Shown one piece after another: positions 13,288 through 33,266 of a DNA stretch of 64,000 nucleotides (its first letter is position 1; the number at the start of each line of letters is the position of its first letter). A program made the translations under genes and the position numbers. The notes under the pieces are model-generated. The model was given only the letters and a program-made list of their open reading frames with translations. It did no database searches and had not been told where the DNA came from. The DNA comes from the human T2T-CHM13v2.0 reference genome, Homo sapiens, in assembly GCF_009914755.1 (NCBI RefSeq), contig NC_060925.1, one strand, 5' to 3'.

Positions 13288-13734
13288 CTGGGGGAGGAGA
13301 GAGGAGAGCTTGGGCCATGGACTCAGCCTCTCCGGGTCAGGGAACTTAGAGAACAGTTGATCATGCTTCCCTCTGTTTGGCTGGACTGACTTTAGGTCCA
13401 TCCGTCCAGACAGGCAGCCACTGGCTGAGACAGGATAAGAACAGCCTGGTCAGGAGCTCAGGTTCTGGAGCCAGATGGATGGGAGTGGGAATCCCAGCCC
13501 TGTCCCTCCCTAGCTTTGGGACCATGGGCAGGTCCTTGCCCCTAAACCTCAGTTTCCTCATCTGTAATGCCTCCCTCACAGGACTGTTGCGGTGGCTGCT
13601 ATTCCTAGTACTAGCGACCATTACTATATGTTTGTTCATTCAGGCGTTTATGGGCCACCTGCTGCATGCCAAGGACCATGATAGGTACTCTGTGGATGTC
13701 AGAGGGGAACATGCAGGTCCATGACTCCAACCTG

Positions 13735-14344
<610 letters not shown>

Positions 14345-15175
14345 TAACATGTTTTTACAAGATCACTCTGGTCAACCAGCAAGGAGGCCATGGTAGGGAT
14401 GTGAGACAGGATGATGGTGGAGACAGTGAGAAAGGGCTGGATTCAATATCTATTTTGGAGGTAATAATAGAACTAATAGAACTTGCTAACGGATTGGATG
14501 TAGAATGTGGGGAAAAGGAGAATCAAGGATTGCTCCTGGGTTTGGGGAGTGACTAAGGATGAATGGAGAAGGCTGAGATGGGGGCTGACACAAAGATCAG
14601 ATTTTGAGAAAGAACCAATTCCTCTGTTTTGTTTCTTCATGGAAAATGTTATACTATGCAAATATTCACACCAAAGGAACCAGTGTAGTTATATTAACAG
14701 GAGACAAAATACAGACTTCCAAGTCCAAAGCAATACTAAAGATGAAAAGAACATTAGATAATGATAAATGATTCCATTCACCAGGAAGACAGAAAAATTC
14801 TAACTTATGTGTGCCTACTAAACAACTTCACCCTCTATAAAGCAAACAGACAAACTACAGGTAGAAAGTGAACAGCCACACTTACAACAAGAAATTTTAA
14901 TACATCTCACCCAGCAATTGATGAATAGACAAAGAAAAATAAATACATAAATAAATAAAGAACAACACAGTTATCAAGTTGGTCTAATGAACATATACAG
15001 AACTAACTAAACAAATTGGTTGAACCACATGTGAACTATTAACAAAATATTAACACAAAGCAATTCTTAAGAAATTTTAAAGAATAGGTATCTCATAAAG
15101 TATTTCTTCTGATTGCAAAACATTCAGTTAAAAGTTAATAACAAAAAGAGAACTAAAGGAAGTTTGAAAATTTAA

Positions 15176-15790
<615 letters not shown>

Positions 15791-16404
15791 TTAAAAATAT
15801 TTTTTAAAACAACCCATAGATGAAAGAATTATAATGGAAATTAATAAATAGCTGAAAGTGAATGATCACCAAATAACACAAATGAAAACGTATAAGACAG
15901 CTAAGTAATACTTAGAGGAAAACATATAGCTTTAAATACTTATAATAGAAAATAAGAAAGAATAGAAATTAATAAGCTAAGCAATAAATGATAAGAAGCC
16001 AGAAGAAACATGTCACAAAAACATATCCATGAACAGATCAAAACTGGAACCTGATACTTCAAAATGGGCAAAAGACAGTAAAAAGTGATGCAGGACAAGA
16101 AAAAACAACATAAAACCTAATTAGAAAAACTCAGACACAGAAAAGAATTATATATATTTTTAAAAAGCAAAATTCATTTCAGAAGTGAAGAATAAATCAG
16201 AAGGAATACAAGAACAAATTAACACAATAGATGATGCCTTAAAAGAAACAGAAGGCAAGAAGAAGGAAAGTTAAAAAAATATGTAAAAGCTAAAATTATA
16301 GAACTTCCAGAAGAAAGCATAGAAGAAAAATCTTCATGACCCTGGGTCAGGCGAATATTGCTTAGGACACCAAAAGCGTTAACTGTTGAAGGAAAAAAAT
16401 CTGA

Positions 16405-16768
16405 TATATTAGTCTGTGAGGGCTGCCATGGTAAGACACCACAGGCAGGGTGGCTTCAGCAACAGAAATCTGGAGGCTGGAAGTCCAAGATCAAGGCATC
16501 AGCAGGTTTGGTTTCTACTGAGGCCTCTCTCCTTGGCTTGCAGATGGCCGTCATCTTGCTGTGTCCTCACAAGGCCGTTCTTCTGTGTGCATGCGCTCTT
16601 GGTGTCTTCCTCTTCTTATAAAGACACCAGTCCTATTAGATTAGGGCCCACCCTTATGATCTCATTTTACTTTAATTACCTCCTTAAAGGCTCATCTCCA
16701 AATAGTCACTTAGAGGTTAGGGCTTCAACATATGAATTTGTGGGGTAGAGTATAATTCAGTCTATAAC
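16405..16768 (-). mobile_element. MLT1A/B-like LTR
   Basis: tattagtctgtgagggctgcc...ggaggctggaagtccaagatcaagg...aattcagtctataaca. Confidence 0.75.
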
Positions 16769-17269
16769 ACCTGATATACTGGATTTTATCAAATTAAAAT
16801 ATTTTTCTCTTCCAAAAAAAAAAAAAAAAACCCACCAAAAAAGCCTAACGAAAATGAAAAGGCCAGCCACTGGGGAAAAAAATCACAATACATACACTGA
16901 TAAAGGATTTGTATTCATAGATAACTCAATAATAAGAAAATAAATGACCTAATAAAAAGTGGAAAAATATTTGAATAGTCACTTCACAAAAGATATATGA
17001 ATGGCCAATAAGCACATGAAAAGATGTTCAACATCATTCATCATTAGGGAGTTGTAAATTAAAGCCATAATAAAATACTACTACATACTCACTAGAATGG
17101 TTAAAATGAAAAAGACTGATAATACTAAGTGTAACAAGCACATGGAGTAACTAGAACTCTCATGTATTGTTGGTGGCAATGAACAATGGTACAGTCACTT
17201 TGGAAACAGCTCGACAGTTCCCTGTAATAGTACACATTCATTACCTAATCTCCTAAATCTTAACCCTAG

Positions 17270-17518
<249 letters not shown>

Positions 17519-17643
17519 TAAAGATGGGGTCTCACTATGTTGCCCAGGCTGATACTCCTAGATCTTTATCTAAGAGAAATGAAAACATATCCACACAAAG
17601 ACTTGTACATGAATGTTCACAGCAGCTTAATTCATAATAGCCC

Positions 17644-19803
<2,160 letters not shown>

Positions 19804-20479
19804 TCATACATAGTCATACAATGGCATTACTACTCAGCAATAAAAAGGAATTAACTACTGATACATGTAACAATGTGGGTGAATTTCAGAAACATTATGC
19901 TGAGGGAAAGGAGCCAGACACGAAAGGGTACATACTATACACATCCATTTATATGAAATTCTGGAACAGGCAAAGTTTAATCCACAGTGTCAGAAAGCAG
20001 ATCTGTGGTTGCCTAGATCTGGAGGCCTGAATGCAAAGTGGATGAGGGAACTTTCTGGGGTGATAGAGAACGTCTTACATCTTGATTGTGGTGGTGGGTA
20101 CGTGGGTGCCCACTTTTGTCAAAACTCATCAAATTGTATACTTTAAAATGGGAACAGTTTATTCTATATACATTTTAACTCAATAATGTTGGTTTTAAAA
20201 GAAAATTGGAATTAATTCAGCACGGCAAGCTATGATAAGAAATGTGCGCTCTTAGCTACAAACATGTCAGCTAAAAGCAGACTAGAGTTTCAGGAAAAAT
20301 AAATGTAACCAAGAGAAAGATTACAAATAAGATGTTGAATAATCTCACACATGGAAGCACACAGTTTTTTAAAAACTCAAGAGTGAAACCTATTTCATTT
20401 AGAGAGCAGAATAGTAGATAGATAGACAGATAAAAGGCATTTGAAAGAAAAAGACAAGTATTCTCTCCTTTTTCTTTAA

Positions 20480-20644
<165 letters not shown>

Positions 20645-20852
20645 TGAGTCCCTAAAGAAGAAAATCAAAACAAGAGAATAGAACAAATACTAAAACTATA
20701 ATTTAAGAAAACCTTCCTAAAATAAAAATGCCTTGGAACCATGTATTAAGTGAGAATATTGAGTGCCTAAAAATATCAACTCAGAATGAATGAGCAATAC
20801 CAACACACAGTCAAATAAAATTACTAGATTTTAAAGAAAAAGCAACAACCCT

Positions 20853-21436
20853 TTATTAGTCAGGGTTCTCCAGAGGAACAGAACTAATAGGTTATACGTA
20901 TATATGAAAGGGAGTTTATTAAGGAGAATTGGCTCACACGATCACAAGGCGAAGTCCCACGATAGGCCGTCAGCAAGGTGGGAAAGAAAGAAGCCATAGT
21001 GACTCAGTCCGAATCTGAAACCCTCAAAACCAGGGAAGCTGAAAGTGCAGCCTTCAGTCTGTGACCAAAGATCCGAGAGCCCCCAGCAAACCACTAACTT
21101 AAGTCCAAGAGTCTAAAGGCCAAAAAACCCGGAGTGTGATGTTCAAGGGCAGGAGGAGCAGAAGGAAGCATCCCGCACGGGAGAAAGAAGGAAGCTGGAA
21201 GACCCAGCAAGCGAAGCTATCCCACCATCTGCCACCTGCTTTCCAGCCAGCCTGGCAGCCAGTTGGGTTGTGCCCACCCACACTGAGTGAGGACGAGTCT
21301 TCCATTCCCAGTCCACTGACTCAAATGTCAGTCTCCTCTGGCAACACCCTCACAGACACCCCCAGAAACAAAACTTTAACAGCCATCTAGGCATCCTTCA
21401 ACCCAATTAAGTTGACACCTAATATTGACCATCACA
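20853..21436 (-). mobile_element. MLT2B-like ERVL LTR
   Basis: tattagtcagggttctccagaggaacagaac...aagttgacacctaatattgaccatcaca. Confidence 0.85.
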
Positions 21437-21689
21437 AACCCTTTGGGCGAAAAGAGCAAGAAACTATTAAGAGGCAAGTATGTATGTTTTGGGATAAAGA
21501 AAATGAGTAATTATGGGTCATTCTAGTTCTATCATGTCCCCTGTCCTTGAGAAACAGGATTCTCAGTGTGAAAGAAAGAAAATATAGATGTACCATAGAA
21601 GTCAGGTAAAAATCCTAAGGAACTAAATTTAGATGGGAAGCACCCGTATAACTCATTAGGCATTTTATCTTAAAAATTATGTACATGTA

Positions 21690-21981
<292 letters not shown>

Positions 21982-22639
21982 GTATGTACATGTGTGTGTC
22001 TATGTGGTATACACACATCACTCTGTTCACTGAAAACACCAAAAGCAATAGCTAAGTAGTGATCAGCATAGCTAGCATGCAGATTATAGTCTTTATAACC
22101 ATTTCTTACTAAATGGAGAAATGGCTGACTGCAGGTTTTAGGTCAGGAATTGTACCAGAGGGACCTGGAACATCTTGTCGTAATGGACAGCTGGAAAGGT
22201 ATCTGTTAAATCTGGAAAGATTTAACTTGACCACTAGGGTCAAGTTAAAAGGACTCAGGAGCAAACTTGATGAGACTCCCACTGGACAGAGATGAGGCAA
22301 TTCAAGCTTCAATGAGCAGAGTACGTCGCAATAGACTGAAACCACCAAATGTGTTTAAATGCCTGAGTTCATAATGATAATAATAAACTAGCAATCACCT
22401 TTGGGAGATGATAAGGAACCAATTCATTATCTTGAAAATTGATAAAGGAAAAAAATTAAGCATTTATCCTCTCTTGCCTATTTGAATAGTATGACTGGAT
22501 ATCAAATACCAGATGAGAGGATACATCTCTTTATAAAATAATTCCAACTAACAAATGAAAAAAATTATATAATTAGAATATCACCATTCTAATGTATAAA
22601 AGACATGAAAAATATCATAGAAGTTCAGAGGATAGATTT

Positions 22640-22939
22640 TCTTTCTTTTTAGGATCTTGCTCTGTTGTTCAGGTTGGAGTGCAGTGGTGTGATCTCAGCT
22701 CACTGCAACCTCCATCTCCTGGGCTCAAGTGATCCTCCCCACCTCAGCCTCCCAAGTAGCTGGGAACACAGGCACATGCTACTACACTTCACTAATTTTT
22801 TGTATTTTTTTTTTTTGTAGAGACAGGGTTTCACCATGTTACCCAGGCTGGTCTCGAACTCTTGGACTCAAGCAATCTCCCCACCCACCTCGGCCTCCCA
22901 AAGTGCTGGGATTACAGATGTAAGCCACCATGCTTGGTC
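22640..22939 (-). mobile_element. AluJ
   Basis: Alu body; TSD agaggataga. Confidence 0.88.
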
Positions 22940-23568
22940 CTAGAGGATAGACTTTCAACTCCTTAATAAATTTATTCCAGCCATACTACGCCCAGCTGTG
23001 TGACTTTGAGCAACATGCACCCTTGGTGCTTCAGTCTCCTCCTCTGTAAAGAGGCGTACTGAACTTGTCCTCAGAGAGCTGCTGTGAGATTAAGTTCATT
23101 ACATGTGTTGACACAGTGCCAGCCACACAGTAAATATTAGGTGTTTTCTGGCACCTGATAACGCTCTTGCTTTTGAAAGCTCTCTTGCAGTCTGTCCCTG
23201 CTCAAGCCAGGCTCCCATCACTCACATGTGGATTCCACACATGGAAGGATGACGTGATGCAACAGGAAGGGCACAAATGTTGGAGTCGGACCCGAGTTCC
23301 CCTTCTGGCTCCATGACGTCCTTCCTCAGACAAGACACAGCACCCTCTGAGCTCAATCCCCTCACCTCTAGAATGGGGAAAACACAGAGCCTGCCTGGTC
23401 ACATTGGGAGAAGGAAGTGAAATATTCACGTAGGGCCCTTAGCACTTGGCCTGGCACAGGACGGGTCCTGAGGACACGGTGGTCCCCTCCTCTTCCTGCT
23501 TTCCCCTCCTCACCAACTCCAGGTGAATCCTCCCGAGCTTCTGCTTCTATCATCTCACTGTCCTGCTA

Positions 23569-24030
<462 letters not shown>

Positions 24031-24418
24031 CTAATTGCCCAGGTAACAGCTCCTCTGCTGTGTACCTAGTTGCCTCACTGATCAGCTGGGACAGCTCCAA
24101 GCACCTCATCCAGCCACTTGAGAATTTCATCCTCTGGCCCCCACAGCTACATCCATGCCCCACACCAACTTTCCTCAAAGACTTACCCCCGCCCCGGCAG
24201 ACTGGTCACCTGTACACTGCTCTTCATTCAACATCTTCCCCACCTCCAGACCTTTATCAAAAGCCCCTCTCCAAATGCCGGCCACATGCCATCTCCCGTA
24301 GGGCCCAGAGAGCTAGCCAGTGCTGCCCACACTGGGTGCAGCTGTCCCAGAGAAGCCCCTCCAGCCCCCACCCACCCCCTCAGTCTTCCCATCCACCAGC
24401 CGAGAGAGTCCCCTCTAC

Positions 24419-24542
24419 CTCTGATAGGCCACAAAATAGGTCACATCCTGGGGGTTGCCAAGCCCTGGGAGCCATGTCAGGTACACGCTGAAGTTCTGGG
24501 AGAGCAGCGTCACATTCTGGGGAGGGGCCAGACGGGGCCTCC
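24419..24542 (-). CDS. IFNLR1: IFNLR1 coding exon 2 (RPRLAPPQNVTLLSQNFSVYLTWLPG...YFVAYQ; FNIII D1 first half)
   Basis: Acceptor ctttctttcccccAG, donor AG|GTAGAG; 124 nt, in frame with exons 1 and 3 (manually translated, not in ORF track). Confidence 0.96.
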
Positions 24543-24989
24543 CTGGGGGAAAGAAAGGGGTCATGAAGCCTGGAGCTCCTGGCTGGTCTTGACTCAGGCC
24601 ATCCCAAGCTGAGGGGCAGCACGAAGGGCAAGCAGGTGCTCACTGAGTTTGAGGAACCAGGAGCCACTGACTGGCTGTACTGCAGCCCTTGTGCCATGAG
24701 AGAAGACCCTTTGCCAGGAGGGGAGGCTCCTGCACACTCTGGGACCGGAGGGTTCCAGCAGAACACCATGGAACAGGAACCTAATGGCCTCCAGGAGGGA
24801 GCATCCTTGAGGATATCAAGGACCAGGGGCTCTGTCCTGTTCTCAGCCACATCCCCAGAGCCTGCCTGCCATGGCCTCAGCACATAGTAGGTGCACAATA
24901 AACATCTGTTGAGTAAATGAATGAATATTACAATAACATGGGTTACACCAAAGGCTTCCTGACCGGTCTCCTTGCTTCCAACCTTGTGT

Positions 24990-26021
<1,032 letters not shown>

Positions 26022-26325
26022 GCCCTTGTCCCAAGGTGGATGATCACTAAATCCACATTTGGAGGCATGTTACTATGGAAGTTTAGGTGACACCTATATT
26101 CATTATTTATTTCACAATTTCATTTTTGTATTCACATTTCAGATTTGTGAATGCAGTTTTTTTCCTGAAAATTCATTTTAACTTGAAAGTATGTTTTTAA
26201 TTCCCCTGATGTAATTAATGGACTATGTGCATATTTATACCTAGGTGTGCTTACATGTTAATAATGTATATGCATAGTTGTGAGAATTTCATATTGGACT
26301 CCATAGTGGTAAAAAAATAAATACA

Positions 26326-26700
<375 letters not shown>

Positions 26701-27001
26701 CTACTTCTGCAGGTTCATCCAAGCCCAGATATTACTGAACGAATATATTGATGTAGAGTATGTGTTATTTTGTTTTCAGTTCTGCTCTAGATCATAACTA
26801 TGTAAAAAACACTGTCATAATCAGTTATACTAAAATTCATGAGCCCAAATGTAAGATGAAAAGTCTGCACTGTAGTCTAAGGTCATTGCTCTATCAATAA
26901 TTACATTCTCATTTTGATTTACAGAAGAGCTTTATGGTAGAAACACCAGAAAACACCTCATACTATTAAAAGGCTTTTTCCCCATTAAAAAAAAAAATAC
27001 A

Positions 27002-27280
27002 GGTCGGGCATGGCAGCTGACACCTGTAATCCCAGCACTTTGGGACATCGAGGCAGGAGAATCATTTGAGACCAGGAATTTAAGACTTGCCTAGGCAACA
27101 TAGTGAGACCACATCTCTACAAAATAAATTTTTTAAAAAATTAGCAGGGCACAATGGTGAGAGTAAGGAGGCTGAGGTGGGAGTTTCGCCTGAGCCCAGG
27201 AGTTCAAGGCTGCCGTGATTGTGCCACTGCACTTCAGTCTGGCCAACAGAGCAAGACCCTGTCTCTACGAAACAGACAAA
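27002..27280 (+). mobile_element. AluJ
   Basis: Alu body. Confidence 0.85.
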
Positions 27281-27338
27281 TATACAAAACACCTTGCCTT
27301 CAGTCCATTCTCCACATAGCAGGAAGGATTAAAAATGA

Positions 27339-27714
<376 letters not shown>

Positions 27715-28421
27715 CTAAACTCCAAAGTCTTTACAATCACCACCAAGGCCCTACCCAATCTGACCCACCACTCCTCCCTTGCTCCCATATCTCCATCCAC
27801 ACAGGACTTTTTGCCCTTCCTGGAGCACCCCAGCCACACTCCCAACTCCAGGCCTTTGCACACGCTGTTCCCTCATGCTGTTCCCTCTGCCTTAACAGTT
27901 CTGCCCCTGGATATCCACCTGGCTCACTCCTTTGCTGTTTTCACATTCCTTTGATGTCACTGTCTCGAGGACACTTTCCCTGACTCCCTTTAACTGACCT
28001 CTATTCCCCTCTGTGGCACATTTTCCTTCTCACTGTTAATCTTCATCTTCTGAAATACGCATCTGATTACACCACTCCCCAGTTTCATGCCCTTTCCTTG
28101 GCCTCAGAATAAAGTCCACATTTGTTATTGAGGTTTGTGAGGCCCTGCCTGACGTGGCCTGGCCTGGCCTGGCCAGGCCGTCTTGCTGCTCTCTCCCCAA
28201 CAGCTACCCTACAGGCTCATCAGGCAATCTTCCTGCTCGATGTTGCCAAGCCACTGCATTCTTCTGGATGTTTTTAAACCCAGGTGTCTTTGACTGCCTG
28301 GTATTCACCATCTAGTCTTTGAAATACTTGATTCAAATGTCACTTCCTCCAGGGAATCTTCCTTGACATATCTACGAGGTGATGATGATGATGATAACGA
28401 TGATGATAATAATAGCAGCTA

Positions 28422-28812
<391 letters not shown>

Positions 28813-30349
28813 TCATTACATCCCTAGGAGGTAGGTATTCATTATAATAATTATAATCTTTACAGATGGGAAAACCAAGGCCCTCTCAGCTATTAAGTTG
28901 TAGAATCAGATTCAGTCCAGGCCTAGCCAACTCCAAAGTCCGAGCTCTTGACTGTACTTTGTCTTCTAGGTTCTCATGGGGTCTATTGAGCTTTATGATT
29001 CCAACTATTCCATCTATTGACCACTACGAGTCAAACAAGATCTGTTGACCACGGTGTGCCAGGGGTTTCAAAGAAGAACACAACTTCATTCCTGCCCTAT
29101 AGGAGCTCATGGTCCCATGGAGAATTCAGGGTCCTGAAGTGTCCCATGTGCCATGATGGAAATCCATACGGGTTGCAAAATGGCATCAGGGAGGGAGGGT
29201 CCAGTTCTGTGGATGGCTGTCCCCAGCCTCGGCTGCCTACCCATCACCTTTTAGACCCAAAAGTGGGTGCCTGCTTCCACCTCATCCTGTGTCCTCTAGC
29301 TGGGACTGTATCACCACGAGGCTAGTGCTATTACTACTCCCAGCTTCTGGACTTCCTAACGGGTGACCAGCAGGAGACCAGGCTGTCTGCAAGCCACTTG
29401 TAAGGTATCCTATGGGCAGGACAGTCCCCAGATTCGAGCTAGGTCACATGAGAAAAACAGCAGCTAGAGCAACTTTCCTCTATGAAGCCTTCAAAGGATG
29501 CCAGGCACTAGTTTGGCTCTTTACATGTAAAACCTCAATCACCCTTGGGACAGACCACCCTATGGGGTAGGTGTCATTCATTCTGCTTCCATGGAAAGGG
29601 CGCTAGGCTCAGAGACAGATGCTAACTAACTTGCCTGAGGCTACACAGTCAGTTTGTGTGGGAGCCAGTATTTGAACTTAGATCTGGCTGTACTTACTCC
29701 TAAATCATCACACCATAGTTAGTGTTGTGTATATTAAATACTTATCAGGTGAAAGTACAAGAAGGTCTGGGCTTGACAGTGAAAGGGGAACAGAAGACCC
29801 CACCCTCCCTCCACACACAGGTACACGGTCCCTCATCAGCCACAGAGAACGCTGCTGTGGGCACTGGGGGCTGGAGCATCCCTGGCTGGCCTAGTGACCC
29901 AGTGGATGGACAGCCTGTCCCACGTGCCTACCCTGGAGGCAAAAGCTAGCCAGGCTTGCTTTAGCCCCTCTTCTCTCTTCTGTGTGCCTCACCTCTGCCG
30001 TCCTTCTTGAGGAATTCCCTGAATTGCTCTGAGCCTCAGTTTTCCCATCGGAAAAGTAAAAATAATATCTACCTCCTAGGATGGCTGGGTCGTGAGGCTT
30101 CCAGAATAATGCGGTGCCTGGCACAAAGAAGTTGCTGAATAAATATAGGCTTTTATGATGATTGGATTATGCCCAGGGACCTTTACAGCTCTTTAAACTG
30201 TGAGTCCAAGACTAGGAAAATATCCTGGGGGCGATTTCTGGACCTTCTCTTCCCTGCTTCGGTTGGAGTCGTGGGCGGTGAGGTTTGGTGGTTGGGTCCT
30301 ACGGCGAGGAATTTTGTACCTGACACCTTACTCATCAGTAGAGGTGGGA

Positions 30350-30396
30350 AAACAACAACAACAACAACAACAACAAAACAACAACAAAACAACAAC
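30350..30396. repeat. (AAC)n microsatellite in intron 1
   Basis: Direct inspection. Confidence 0.93.
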
Positions 30397-30699
30397 CACC
30401 ACCAAAAGAAAGCCGTCTTGTTAGAAAGCAGGGCACAGGCGACCAGAGCTCCGTCCCACCAGAGGCCTGGCAGGAACGGGAAGGGACATCAATCGGTCCC
30501 ACTTTCCCTGCTGTCCACACTTTAGGGTCAAGTGTGGTTTTCACGCAGGGATCAGTGCTTTCTTTAGGAAACATTAAAAAGCACTTTATTAAAAAATATG
30601 CAGTATCAAACTGCCGCTGTCTTTTTTCTCCAGTTCTCCTGAAGCTGGAAGCATTAGGAAACTGGATTCGTTTCCTGCGGGAGAGGAATATCAAAGACC

Positions 30700-31700
30700 C
30701 GGTTCTGTTCAGTCCTGGGAAGAAGCAAACTGGGGGCGCGTAGGCAGGGCCGATTCGCACCCGGCTCGGGTGGCTGCGGACCCCGTGCCTGTCCCAGGAG
30801 CTCCGGGTCCGAGGGTAGGCGCGGCCCGGCCCGGGGAGCCCTCTTCCCCCTCCCTCCCGCGGCCCCGCGCCCTTACCTGGAGCGGCCTGCAGCAGGCACA
30901 GGAGCAGGGGGCCCCAGCGCTCGGGCCCCGCCATGGCCTTCCTGCCGCGGCGTCCCCGCCCGGACCCAGGTCCCCGCCTCCCGCCTCCCGCCTCCCGTCT
31001 CCTAGCCCACCGCGGGCAGGTGACGCAGTCGGCAGCCAATGGCCCGCAGAGCCGCGGGCCCGTCCCTGCCGCCTAGGATTCACTGAGAAGGTCCCTGGGG
31101 ACAGCCCCGCCGCGGGGGGAGGGGGGGGAGGGGGGGGAGCGCGCCGGTCCCCGCGCTCGAAACTCGCCCGTACCTCTGCTTCATCTGCACTTAGTTTTGT
31201 TTTACTCAATTCCCGGAAAAAAAAATCAGTAAATCCGTGCACGGGGGAAGGGCAGGGGAGGGGAAGAAACCGGCTGATGATCAATAACCCACGGCCAGTC
31301 CAGTGCTCCAGGACGGGCCATTTTGGCAGGATTAGGGAGAGTTCAAGGCCGGTTTGGCTACGCGGCCTCAATGCCATTGGCGGGATCCGAGCGCGTTTCT
31401 GAGCCGGATGCTGAGCTCCGCGCCTTACACACGCGATTCCCTTTAATGCCCCCGGGGATCCCGGCGGATCCGTGCTGCCCTTCTCCACGTACTTCTCTCC
31501 CGGGGAGCGGCAGGCCCCAGAGCTTCAGGTGCTTGTTCTGGGGAAAGCTGTCTTTCTGACCCCGAAGGCTGTGGTGTTCACCTGGACAGCAGTAGCTTCC
31601 CAGTAAGGCACACGCCACGACGCGCAATATTATGCGGCCCTTTAGGAGGACGTTGCCGAATGGTGTGTATCGACACCGAGGTGTTTGCAACACACTGAGA
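30700..31700 (-). promoter_or_regulatory. IFNLR1: IFNLR1 CpG-island promoter: GC boxes/(CCGCCTC)3 at 30954-30994, E-box/CRE-like CAGGTGACGCA 31017-31027, CCAAT 31036-31040, GAS TTCCCGGAA 31210-31218
   Basis: High GC and CpG density around exon 1; motifs read directly; no TATA box seen. Confidence 0.88.
30877..30934 (-). CDS. IFNLR1: IFNLR1 coding exon 1 (signal peptide MAGPERWGPLLLCLLQAAP-G)
   Basis: ATG in strong Kozak context (aaggccATGg) at 30934; donor CAG|GTAAGG; 58 nt, phase 1; matches known IFNLR1 N-terminus. Confidence 0.97.
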
Positions 31701-31735
31701 AACAGAAAAGCGAGTGCTAAAACATAGGCCCATTA

Positions 31736-32143
<408 letters not shown>

Positions 32144-32400
32144 TTAATGGTTGTTGTCTTTGGGTGATGAGGATTTTCTTTTTCAACTTTCTTCTTTTCT
32201 GATCATATTTCGTTTCCAATTTTTTGATAATTATTTGAAACTGGGATCAGCTTTGGTCCCATCAGTTTTTGGAAGAGAAAATGATTTTCACAGAGCTTGG
32301 TGGGTCCAAAAGTTGCTCTGAGTTTAACCGCGGGGGAAATTTCTTTTGGAAATTTCAGGATGCTTCTGGGACTAGCATCAAGGCTTCTGCTTAATCAGGA

Positions 32401-32845
32401 TTTTTTTTCTTTTTTTTTTTTTAGACAAAAGCTCTGTCGCCCAGGCTGGAATGCAATAGTGTGATCTTGGCTCACTGCAACCCCGCCTCCTGGGTTCAAG
32501 CTATTTTCTCACTTCAGCCTCCCAAGTAGTTGGGATTACAGGCACCTGCCATCATGCTCAGCTAATTTTTGTAGAGATGGGGTTTCACCATGTTGGGCAG
32601 GCTGGTCTTGAACTCCTGACCTCAGGTGACCTCAGCCTCCCAAAGTGCTGGGATTACAGGCATGAGCCACTGTGCCTGGCCTTAATTAGGATCTCTTAAC
32701 AAAGCCCTGCTCACAGAGGACGCAATTCCACCTCAAAGGCGCAGGGTGGAGGAGGATGGAAGAGCAGCAGGCACGGTCAGTGTTGGTATCTTGGGATCTC
32801 TGAAATGTTGACTGTTGACTTTCTTTTCTCCTTCCTTCCTTCCTT

Positions 32846-32903
<58 letters not shown>

Positions 32904-33266
32904 TCCTTCCTTCCTTCCTTCCTTCCTTCTTTTTTCTCTCTCTTTCCTTCTTTCTTGCTTTCTTATTTTCTTGCTTTCTTTTTTTTTGACAAGAGTCTCA
33001 CTCTGTCACCCAGGCTGGAGTGCAGTAGCGTGATCATGGTTCACTGCAACCTCTACCTACTGGTTCAAGCGATTCTCATGCCGCAGCCTGCCAAGTAGCT
33101 GGGACTACAGGCGTAAGCCACCATGCCCAGCTAATTTGTGTATTTTTAGTAAAGACGGGGTTTCGCCATGTTGGCCAGGCTAATCTCGAACTCCTGGCCT
33201 CAAGTGATCTGCCCACCTCGGCCTTCCAAAGTGCTGGGATTATAGGCATGAGCCATGCACCCGGCC
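32401..33266 (-). mobile_element. Two Alus (32401-32681; 32820-33266 with (TTTC)n tail)
   Basis: Alu bodies; TSD ctgaaatgttgact around the second. Confidence 0.88.

Noticed and set aside
30335-31488. 234-, 259- and 210-aa ORFs across the promoter
   Set aside because: Stop-poor CpG-island DNA; only 30877-30934 is coding
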